From an uncultured bacterium (GTDB lineage: Bacteria > Patescibacteriota > Gracilibacteria > UBA1369 > PNNO01), in assembly GCA_963704705.1 (NCBI GenBank), contig OY969931.1:660001-692000 (forward strand): DNA of 32,000 bases, read 5' to 3'. Position 1 is the first letter of the stretch. Each line of letters starts with the position of its first letter. Under the pieces are notes generated by a model that searched no databases, was not told where the DNA came from, and saw nothing but the letters and a program-made list of their open reading frames with translations. Positions 7,402-14,583 of the stretch are shown one piece after another. The position numbers and the translations under genes are program-made.

Positions 7402-9927
7402 ATGACACAATTTATTTTACAACATCCTATTTGGAGCATAGCACTGCTACTTGTATTGATATTTGCCATTAAACACGGCATTTGGGTTTTTAGATACATA
7501 TTTGCTTTAAAATGGTCAAAAGACTTAGTTTACATGCGAATTACCCTACCTCGCGCTGATACTGCCAAAGACAAAGATAAGCAGGTTGAGAAAGATTTTA
7601 GGGAACTTATTGGTGTGATGGAACAATTTTATAGAAATATCCATGAAATACGTGAACTGAATATCTCTAATAAAATAAGAAATTTTATTTTTAATATGGA
7701 TGTAGTATCGTTTGAACTTGTTGCTCAAAATAAACAAGTTGAATTTTATGTAGTTACATACAAATATTATTATGATTTAGTTGAAAAACAAATTACTTCA
7801 TATTACAGCGATGCTGATATTCAAATAACAAAACCTTATGAAATTAATACAAAAGGTTCTATTTTGAGATGTTTTTATGCTTATTTGGCTAAGGAATTCT
7901 ATTATCCTATTAGAACTTATAAAAAAATTGAAAATGATCCATTAAATGATCTTACTAATGTTTTGTCCAAATTAGGTGATGAAGATAAAGCGGTATTTCA
8001 ATTCGTAATAAGTCCAAGATCAGACAGGTGGAGCAAAAAAGCTGAGAAAGCCGGCACTAAATTATTTCTTGGGAAAAAAGTTAAAGGCGGATTTTTAAGA
8101 ATTCCCATTTTGGGTTGGATCTTATCTTTATTTCAAGGATTGTTGTTTGGTTATGACAAAATGAAACAAAATATGAATACCGGCGCGCCGGAAGGAAGCC
8201 AATATGTTCGTATGCTTCAAACAAAAGAAGAAACCGCAAAAATGATCGGTGAAAAAGCTGAAAATGTTGGATTCGACACTTCAATAAGAATTTTAACTTC
8301 AAGTAAAACTTATGCACAGTCAACAGAAATAATGAATAACATGATATTGTCTCTGAATTTATTTAAATCAGTTGCAATGAACTATTTCCAGACCAGAAGA
8401 ATGATATTTATTGATAAATGGAATACAAAATTAATATTTCATGCTTTTAAAAACAGACTTCAAAAATTCATATTAATACCTGGAATAATATCTGAACGGC
8501 AAAGTATATTAACACCCGAGGAACTTGCTGGAATGTATCATTTCCCTAATTCAAGATATAATTACACACCAGTAATTAGATGGCTTGCTTATAAAGTATT
8601 GCCTGCACCAGTTGATTTACCTACTGAAGGTGTTTATCTGGGTAATAATGTATACAGAGGCGAAGTGCGAAAGGTTCATATATTAAGAGAAGACCGAACA
8701 AGACATCATTATGTAATTGGTAAATCCGGTTCAGGTAAATCTGCATTTATTAGTTTCATGGCACGTCAGGATATGTGGAATGGTGACGGTGTTTGTGTTA
8801 TTGATCCACATGGAGACCTTGTTGAAGATATATTAACTTTTGTTCCAAAAGAAAGAGCAAAAGATGTTATTGTATTTAATCCTTCTGATCAGGAGAGACC
8901 AATGGGTCTTAATATTCTTGAAACAAAGACTCCTGAAGAGCAGGATTTGGCTTCTTCACAGGCAACTGAAATTTTCATTAAACTGTTTGGTGATGAAATT
9001 TTCGGACCACGTATTCAGCATTATTTTAGAAATGCTTGTCTTACACTAATGGAAGACAAAGAAGAAGGTGCAACATTAATTGATGTGCCAAGAATGTTCG
9101 TTGATGATGACTTTATGAAATATAAAGTTAAAAAAGTGCGCAATCCGGTTGTACGATCTTTCTGGGAGCATGAATATGCGCATACTGGTGAACGTGAAAG
9201 ACAAGAAATGATTCCTTATTTCTCATCTAAATTCGGACCTTTTATTACAAATTCGATAATGCGTAATACAATCGGCCAAACAAAATCAGCGTTTAATTTC
9301 AGAGAAGTTATGGATAATCAGAAGATTTTGTTAATTAATCTTTCAAAAGGTAAAATTGGCGATTTAAACACTCAATTATTGGGATTGGTTGTTGTTGCAA
9401 GAATCCAGATGGCTGCAATGAGCCGTGCGGATATGCCCGAAGACCAGCGTAAAGATTTCTATTTATATGTGGATGAGTTCCAAAATTTTGCAACAGACAG
9501 TTTCTGTTCGATTCTTTCAGAAGCCAGAAAATACCATTTGTGTCTGATTATGGCGCATCAATATATTAAACAGCTGGTTAAAAAAGATAATGCTCAAATC
9601 CGTGACGCAGTATTTGGTAACGTTGGTACAATGATGTCCTTTAAAGTCGGTGCTGATGACGCTGAATACATGTCGAAAGAGTACGCTCCTGTATTAACTG
9701 AAGCTGATGTACTTGGTATTGCGAATTATAAAGCTTACATAAAATTAAATATTAATAATACAACCTCGCGGCCTTTTTCTTTGGAAACTATATGGGATCA
9801 AAGTAAAGCTAATAAAAAAATCGCTGAAATAGTTAAAGAATATTCCCGCATGAAATATGGCAGAAAGCGTGAATTTGTCGATCAGGAAATTGCAGCGAGA
9901 ATTGGAATTGATTTAAGCCAAGAATGA
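7402..9927 (+). CDS. Membrane-anchored VirD4/TraD/TraG-like (type IV coupling protein-like) P-loop ATPase
   Basis: N-terminal TM helix (IWSIALLLVLIFAI). Walker A GKSGSGKS at 8719-8742, followed by CVIDPHGDL. Walker B FYLYVDEFQNF. The C-terminus has the TraD/TraG pattern (ARKYHLCLIMAHQY...). The ~430-aa N-terminal region is uncharacterised. Confidence 0.75.
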   Translation: MTQFILQHPIWSIALLLVLIFAIKHGIWVFRYIFALKWSKDLVYMRITLPRADTAKDKDKQVEKDFRELIGVMEQFYRNIHEIRELNISNKIRNFIFNMDVVSFELVAQNKQVEFYVVTYKYYYDLVEKQITSYYSDADIQITKPYEINTKGSILRCFYAYLAKEFYYPIRTYKKIENDPLNDLTNVLSKLGDEDKAVFQFVISPRSDRWSKKAEKAGTKLFLGKKVKGGFLRIPILGWILSLFQGLLFGYDKMKQNMNTGAPEGSQYVRMLQTKEETAKMIGEKAENVGFDTSIRILTSSKTYAQSTEIMNNMILSLNLFKSVAMNYFQTRRMIFIDKWNTKLIFHAFKNRLQKFILIPGIISERQSILTPEELAGMYHFPNSRYNYTPVIRWLAYKVLPAPVDLPTEGVYLGNNVYRGEVRKVHILREDRTRHHYVIGKSGSGKSAFISFMARQDMWNGDGVCVIDPHGDLVEDILTFVPKERAKDVIVFNPSDQERPMGLNILETKTPEEQDLASSQATEIFIKLFGDEIFGPRIQHYFRNACLTLMEDKEEGATLIDVPRMFVDDDFMKYKVKKVRNPVVRSFWEHEYAHTGERERQEMIPYFSSKFGPFITNSIMRNTIGQTKSAFNFREVMDNQKILLINLSKGKIGDLNTQLLGLVVVARIQMAAMSRADMPEDQRKDFYLYVDEFQNFATDSFCSILSEARKYHLCLIMAHQYIKQLVKKDNAQIRDAVFGNVGTMMSFKVGADDAEYMSKEYAPVLTEADVLGIANYKAYIKLNINNTTSRPFSLETIWDQSKANKKIAEIVKEYSRMKYGRKREFVDQEIAARIGIDLSQE

Positions 9928-11105
9928 TAAAAAAGCCAATTAACATTTTCGATAATTTAAGAGGTACAAGAATAATGCTTTATGGTGTTATTTTTTCTTT
10001 AATAATAGCTACATTAAGTTTTGGAATTATAGCTAAATCAACCAAAGAATCACTATTGGTAAAAGATGATCAGATTAATCTGCTTGCACAGGAAGTAGGT
10101 GAGTTAAAAGAAGAGAATCTGTATTTATATGATTATTTGAAGATTAATCGAGACATTGTGAGTGAGGGTTTTGATTTATTACATAAGTCTTTTGAAGACT
10201 ATGTTAATTCAGGAGAAACAGAGAAAAAAGAAGCTGAAAATCAATTTGAAAAAGTGAAAACTGATTTAATTACTGCAATTGGAGAAAAAGAAAAAGTAAT
10301 TGAAAATCTAAAAGTAAAAAATGAAAAATTAAATGATGAAGTTTCGTTTCAGGCATACGAGAGTGATATAACCAATATTTTAATTTTAGGCACACACGAT
10401 AAACTTACTGATACTATAATACTTGTATCAATCAATCCATCTAAAAACACCATTTCTCTAATAAGTATTCCAAGAGATTTATATTTAAACGGCAGAAAAA
10501 TTAATTCAATATATTCAGTATTTGGCATAGATCAGGTAAAGGAAGAAATATACAAAGTAACTGGTGTTTATCCAAATAAATATGCAATTATTGATTTCGA
10601 CAGTTTTATTAAAACGATTGATATTATTGGGGGGATTGATTTGTATGTTAAGAAAGATATTTATGATCCTTACTTCCCTGATTCAGCAAATGGTTATGAA
10701 GTTTATGAAATTAAAGCAGGGTCTCATCATTTTACAGGTGAACAGGCATTAATGTATTCCAGAAGCAGAAAATCAACTTCTGATTTTGACCGGAGCGAAA
10801 GACAGCATCAGGTAATTCAGGCTATTAGAGTTAAGCTGAAAAAATTAAATCTTCTTAGTGATTTGGATAAAGCCATAAGTATTTTTAAAGAGATTTCAAG
10901 CAGCTTTAAAACTGATATTGATGTTTTTGAAGCGCTTTATTACTTAAATCATTATCAGAATTATGCTATAGAAAGCGGAAATGTCTTAAGTACTGCAAAT
11001 TTACTTTATTCAACAAAATCAATAGACGGAGAATATATCCTTTTGCCAAAAAGTGGTGATTATTATGAAATCAAAAAGCAAATAAGTGAGTTGATTAAAA
11101 ATTAA
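9924..11105 (+). CDS. LytR-CpsA-Psr (LCP) family cell-envelope glycopolymer ligase
   Basis: N-terminal TM helix plus coiled coil, then the LCP core ILILGTHDKLTDTIILVSINPSKNTISLISIPRDLYL ... ALMYSRSRKSTSDFDRSERQHQVI. The start overlaps the upstream stop (ATGA). Confidence 0.85.
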   Translation: MIKKPINIFDNLRGTRIMLYGVIFSLIIATLSFGIIAKSTKESLLVKDDQINLLAQEVGELKEENLYLYDYLKINRDIVSEGFDLLHKSFEDYVNSGETEKKEAENQFEKVKTDLITAIGEKEKVIENLKVKNEKLNDEVSFQAYESDITNILILGTHDKLTDTIILVSINPSKNTISLISIPRDLYLNGRKINSIYSVFGIDQVKEEIYKVTGVYPNKYAIIDFDSFIKTIDIIGGIDLYVKKDIYDPYFPDSANGYEVYEIKAGSHHFTGEQALMYSRSRKSTSDFDRSERQHQVIQAIRVKLKKLNLLSDLDKAISIFKEISSSFKTDIDVFEALYYLNHYQNYAIESGNVLSTANLLYSTKSIDGEYILLPKSGDYYEIKKQISELIKN

Positions 11106-11144
11106 TTTTAATGCATAATAACAATGTTTTATAAAATTAAAACA

Positions 11145-11768
11145 ATGAAAAAAATACTAATGTTGTTTTGCTCAATAACAACTTTATTATTAATCACTGC
11201 ATGTAATAACGACCAGCTTGATAATCAGAATGAAATTTATGTTGATCCGGCTATCGATATAACTTATTCAAAGGGAAATGCAAATGCCAAAGTAGTTGTG
11301 ACTCAATTTGGTGAATATGAATGTAGTTTTTGTTCTAGATTTGCTTTGGAAATTCTCCCAAAAATTCAAAAAGATTACATTGAAACCGGAAAAATACTTT
11401 TTATATTTAAAGATTTCCCAATTGCAAACAAAGAAAATTCACAAAAGGCAAGTGAAGCAACCTATTGTGCCGGCGATCAAGGAGAAGAAAAGTATTGGGA
11501 TATGCATATAAAACTAAGTGAAAATTACGATAAACTAAAATTAGAAGATCTATATGGGTATGCTGACGAATTGGGATTAGAACCTAATGCATTTAAAAAT
11601 TGTCTTGAAAGCGATAAATATAGAAATCTTGTATTAAGAAACAAACAACAGGGGTTAAAATTAAATGTAAATAACAATCCAACATTAATTATTAATAATG
11701 AGAAATTAGTTGGACTTCAGCCTTATGAAAATATTACTAAAGTTATTGATACAAAATTAAAAGAATAG
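11145..11768 (+). CDS. DsbA-family thiol:disulfide oxidoreductase lipoprotein
   Basis: Signal peptide plus lipobox (MKKILMLFCSITTLLLITAC). Thioredoxin-fold CSFC active site in FGEYECSFCSRF. The track ORF starts at 11124; the second Met at 11145 gives a canonical lipoprotein signal. Confidence 0.8.
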   Translation: MKKILMLFCSITTLLLITACNNDQLDNQNEIYVDPAIDITYSKGNANAKVVVTQFGEYECSFCSRFALEILPKIQKDYIETGKILFIFKDFPIANKENSQKASEATYCAGDQGEEKYWDMHIKLSENYDKLKLEDLYGYADELGLEPNAFKNCLESDKYRNLVLRNKQQGLKLNVNNNPTLIINNEKLVGLQPYENITKVIDTKLKE

Positions 11769-11770
11769 CT

Positions 11771-12295
11771 TTACCACCACACTTTTTTTATTTTCAATTT
11801 ATAAGCGATTACATTTGCTCCAAGCGCAAAAAGGGGCGAAATAATTAAAAGTATAATGATAAGTTCTAAGGTAGGCACAACAATAAGTGAGCCGATTAAT
11901 AAACCACCTACCACATAATCAATCTGGTCGAATATAATCCATGGTTCACCGCTTTTTTTACCTATTCGTCTTTTAAAATAACTTTTAATAAGATCACCGG
12001 TTAAGGCTCCAAGTCCAAGATAAAAGCTTAGAAGAAGTGTAAACATTAAATTATTTTGCCAAATTGAAAAACTATATAAACCAAAACCAAATTGAATTAA
12101 TCCAACAATTAAAGCTCCTAGAATACCAACAAAAAATCCTCTGTAAGTTTTGCTTTCACCAAACACTTTTTTGTTAATTGGTTTTGCAAGTGAGGGTAAT
12201 AATTTCAATCCATTAGCAATAACCGGCATAGCATTGGCTATATAGGCGGGTAGAAAAAAAATTATTGAAGCCAGAATTGCATTTAAAATTTGCAT
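11771..12295 (-). CDS. CDP-archaeol synthase-like (CarS/DUF46 family) CTP-dependent lipid cytidylyltransferase
   Basis: 174-aa polytopic membrane protein with patterns typical of the CarS family: FFLPAYIANAMPVI, GESKTYRGFFVGILGA, TGDLIKSYFKRRIGKKSGEPWIIFDQIDYVVG. Confidence 0.7.
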   Translation of the reverse strand: MQILNAILASIIFFLPAYIANAMPVIANGLKLLPSLAKPINKKVFGESKTYRGFFVGILGALIVGLIQFGFGLYSFSIWQNNLMFTLLLSFYLGLGALTGDLIKSYFKRRIGKKSGEPWIIFDQIDYVVGGLLIGSLIVVPTLELIIILLIISPLFALGANVIAYKLKIKKVWW

Positions 12296-12349
12296 TGGAG
12301 ATGTTTATTAACGCCGTTCGTTCCATGGAGTCGCGCATGTGCGCGTTTT

Positions 12350-12426
12350 TGGTAGCAGGGGAGGGGATCGAACCCACGACCTCGGGCTTATGAGTCCCGC
12401 GCTCTAACCAACTGAGCTACCCTGCC
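12350..12426 (-). tRNA. tRNA with CAU anticodon (elongator tRNA-Met, or tRNA-Ile2 if lysidine-modified), CCA encoded
   Basis: Hand-folded 77-nt cloverleaf: GGCAGGG acceptor, GCTC/GAGC D stem, CT-CAT-AA anticodon loop, GTTCGATC T loop, terminal CCA. It has G1-U72, A31-G39 and U50-U64 non-Watson-Crick pairs. It lacks the initiator C1-A72 feature. Confidence 0.85.
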
Positions 12427-12447
12427 ATATTAAAATATGCGAATAGT

Positions 12448-12476
12448 ATTTTAAAGTGAGCAACGATTTGTTGCAA
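12448..12476 (-). promoter_or_regulatory. Candidate promoter for tRNA(CAU) (TTGCAA-17 nt-TAAAAT on minus strand)
   Basis: The minus strand reads TTGCAA (12476-12471), a 17-nt spacer, then TAAAAT (12453-12448). The tRNA 5' end lies 21 nt downstream of the -10 box. Confidence 0.4.
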
Positions 12477-12487
12477 GTAATTATTAT

Positions 12488-13240
12488 TTAGAAATTTTTT
12501 GCGTTTATGCTAAACCTTACTACTCCGGCTATAATTAGATTTGGATCGGTTTTTCTTAGTCTTTCAATTTGTGGATTGCTATGCATTGGTTCAAAATAAT
12601 ACTCATTTCCGTCTTTATATACACGCTTTACTCCGATTTCATTTTTATAAAAAATTGTAAATAACTTCCCGCTGTTATCCTCCCCGATTTCATTATTGTG
12701 CACCATTTCACCTATTAAAACATCACCTATATTTAATCCAAATTCAGGATAATCTCTTATAAATACCTGAACTGCAACAAGTTTATCTAAAGGTTTAAAA
12801 TATTTAATCGTGTTTTTTATATATGATTTAGATAAATATATAAATCTGTTAGTTTTGTTTTTAAATTCAATTAAATCAGACAATTGTTTGTTATGCACCT
12901 TTGTTACGTCTATATAAGGGATAGCCACAATATCCTCATTAAAATCAGTTTTAATATCCCTTTCTATTAAAGAAACAATCTTATCCCACTTTTTTGCTTT
13001 TTCAATATAGTGCATTACTCCACTATTATCTTCACCAAAAAAATAACCTATGGGCTTTTTCAAGAATTCCGCAATTCTTAACAATTCCCAAACTTTTGGA
13101 GTATACCTTCCCTGCGTTATGTTTGTTACATAAGCTCTGGATTTATTAATCATATTTGCCAGTTGGGTTTGAGTTATATTTGATTCTTTTAATCCTTGTT
13201 TTATACGCCTGGCAATTAAATCTTTTGTATTTTGGTTCAT
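12488..13240 (-). CDS. XRE-family HTH repressor with C-terminal S24 (LexA/CI)-like domain lacking the catalytic Ser
   Basis: N-terminal HTH_3 (ITQTQLANMINKSRAYVTNITQGRYTP). The C-terminal beta-domain aligns by eye to LexA/CI (IGDVLIGE..., GVKRVYKDGNEYYFEPMHSNP), but FIRDYPEF sits where GDSMxP is expected. The Lys of the VKR motif is retained. Confidence 0.72.
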   Translation of the reverse strand: MNQNTKDLIARRIKQGLKESNITQTQLANMINKSRAYVTNITQGRYTPKVWELLRIAEFLKKPIGYFFGEDNSGVMHYIEKAKKWDKIVSLIERDIKTDFNEDIVAIPYIDVTKVHNKQLSDLIEFKNKTNRFIYLSKSYIKNTIKYFKPLDKLVAVQVFIRDYPEFGLNIGDVLIGEMVHNNEIGEDNSGKLFTIFYKNEIGVKRVYKDGNEYYFEPMHSNPQIERLRKTDPNLIIAGVVRFSINAKNF

Positions 13241-13314
13241 TTCCCTTAATTTGTTAACAGGTACTAAACATATTATTTACCCTGATGTAATTTTTGTAAA
13301 GTAAAAAAAACACC

Positions 13315-13329
13315 TTTACATTATGTAAA
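13315..13329. promoter_or_regulatory. Perfect palindrome TTTACAT-t-ATGTAAA, candidate operator in the repressor-upstream region
   Basis: 7-bp arms with a 1-nt centre. Related half-sites are ATGTAA at 13285-13290 and TACATTA at 13338-13344, the latter 21 nt from the TACATTA at 13317-13323. It lies 75-89 nt upstream of the XRE gene start. Confidence 0.35.
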
Positions 13330-13390
13330 TATTTTCCTACATTATATCTGGTTTTAGAGAAATCTTTTTCAAAAGAAAAGAGAGAGGCTT

Positions 13391-13425
13391 AAAACAAAGG
13401 GCACCAATTGGGTGCTTTTTGTTTT
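13391..13425. terminator. Symmetric (bidirectional-type) intrinsic terminator hairpin
   Basis: AAAACAAAGGGCACC-aattg-GGTGCTTTTTGTTTT. GCACC/GGTGC core, extended by G-U and A-U pairs to ~15 bp, with an A-tract on the 5' side and a T-tract on the 3' side. No annotated gene ends here on either strand. Confidence 0.45.
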
Positions 13426-13465
13426 ATTTAATTTGCTTTATAATAAAAACAACTAACAAAATAAA

Positions 13466-14017
13466 ATGACATTACCAAATATTATTTCTATATTTCGCAT
13501 TTTACTGATTCCTGTAATAATTGCTTTTTTATTTATTGATTTTAATAATCATTATTATTTTGCTTTAGGTTTATACCTAATTGGGATGTTATCTGACTTA
13601 CTGGATGGTTATATAGCCCGTAAATATAAATTAGAAAGTAAACTTGGTCGTTTTCTAGATCCTCTTGCAGATAAAATAATGAATATTTTGATGATGGTTA
13701 CGTTAACTTATCTTCAGATTTTTCCTTTATGGATAGTTTTATTACAAATTGCCCGTGATTTGTTTGTTGATGCTGCAATTAATCTTCAGGCTTCATTAAA
13801 AATGTTTAATAGTGCGGCAATAGGCGCTAAGCTTAGAACTTTGTTTCTTGTTTTAGCTGTTTCAATTGGAATAATATCTTTAATTAATCTTGATCAAAAT
13901 TTGATAAATATTGCTTATTATTTATTAATAGCATCTTTTGTAGTTGGATTTTTTGGTATACAAAAGCCAAGTGTAATAATAGCTAAAACGATTTTGAAAA
14001 AATGGGGAAGAAAATAA
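13466..14017 (+). CDS. CDP-alcohol phosphatidyltransferase (PgsA/PssA-type; head-group specificity not determinable)
   Basis: 183-aa membrane protein with the family signature D-x2-DG-x2-AR-x8-G-x3-D-x3-D (SDLLDGYIARKYKLESKLGRFLDPLADKI). Confidence 0.85.
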   Translation: MTLPNIISIFRILLIPVIIAFLFIDFNNHYYFALGLYLIGMLSDLLDGYIARKYKLESKLGRFLDPLADKIMNILMMVTLTYLQIFPLWIVLLQIARDLFVDAAINLQASLKMFNSAAIGAKLRTLFLVLAVSIGIISLINLDQNLINIAYYLLIASFVVGFFGIQKPSVIIAKTILKKWGRK

Positions 14018-14020
14018 ATT

Positions 14021-14095
14021 TGGTTGCGGGGACAGGATTCGAACCTGCGACCTCCGGGTTATGAGCCCGACGAGCTGCCACTGCTCTACCCCGCG
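14021..14095 (-). tRNA. Initiator tRNA-fMet (CAU), CCA encoded
   Basis: 75 nt: CGCGGGGTAGAGCAGTGGCAGCTCGTCGGGCTCATAACCCGGAGGTCGCAGGTTCGAATCCTGTCCCCGCAACCA. It has the C1-A72 mismatch and three G-C pairs closing the anticodon stem, both bacterial initiator hallmarks. It is near-identical in layout to E. coli tRNA-fMet. Confidence 0.93.
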
Positions 14096-14109
14096 ATATT
14101 TGCATTGGT

Positions 14110-14137
14110 ATTATAAAGGCCGAAAACTTAAAGTCAA
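14110..14137 (-). promoter_or_regulatory. Candidate promoter for tRNA-fMet (TTGACT-16 nt-TATAAT on minus strand)
   Basis: The minus strand reads TTGACT (14137-14132), a 16-nt spacer, then TATAAT (14115-14110). The tRNA 5' end lies 14 nt downstream of the -10 box. Confidence 0.5.
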
Positions 14138-14151
14138 GTTTAAGCTTCGTG

Positions 14152-14565
14152 TTATCTAAAAGGATTATCTTCGAAAATAAATACTCTCCATTTTTCAGTA
14201 TTAGATAATACTTCAAGATCTCTTTTTGAAATTGTATCTAGATTTAAATTATCTTCTTCACCTACTTGGTTATCATTTGAAGCTATGATTATTACTTCTT
14301 CCCCGGGATTAACTAGCCCTTTATTTTGTTTAAGAATTTTATCTATATAGCTTTCTGAAGTTACATAATCAAATTCAGAGATAAGATTGTTGTTTTCCTC
14401 TTCTATTTTTTGATTTTCTGTTTCGAAATCTTCAATATATATGTCTATTTGATGACTCTTGTAAAAAGCCAAAGTTAATGAATATAATAGATAGGCACTT
14501 AATATTATTAAGCCAATTATTACAAAGTTTGTGAAATTTGATGGTTGATCATTATTCTGTTGCAT
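14152..14565 (-). CDS. FtsB/DivIC-like septum formation initiator (bitopic coiled-coil protein)
   Basis: N-terminal TM helix (FVIIGLIILSAYLLYSL), a short coiled coil (ENQKIEEENNNLISE), then the family-typical SESYIDKILKQNKGLVNPGEEVII. Divergent from murC across an 18-nt gap. Confidence 0.65.
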   Translation of the reverse strand: MQQNNDQPSNFTNFVIIGLIILSAYLLYSLTLAFYKSHQIDIYIEDFETENQKIEEENNNLISEFDYVTSESYIDKILKQNKGLVNPGEEVIIIASNDNQVGEEDNLNLDTISKRDLEVLSNTEKWRVFIFEDNPFR

Positions 14566-14583
14566 GACAATAAATTATCATAA

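Noticed and set aside
12350-14095. Integrated mobile element or prophage remnant bounded by the two tRNA(CAU) genes and carrying the CI-like repressor
   Set aside because: There is no integrase, recombinase or phage structural gene. I could find no direct repeat of a tRNA 3' end (att-like). The interval's other gene is a housekeeping lipid transferase, and composition looks like the flanks.
13983-14216. 77-aa minus-strand ORF spanning the tRNA-fMet gene
   Set aside because: Its only protein-like segment (RAVAARRAHNPEVAGSNPVPATK) is the well-known spurious translation of a tRNA gene. It also overlaps the ends of two real genes.
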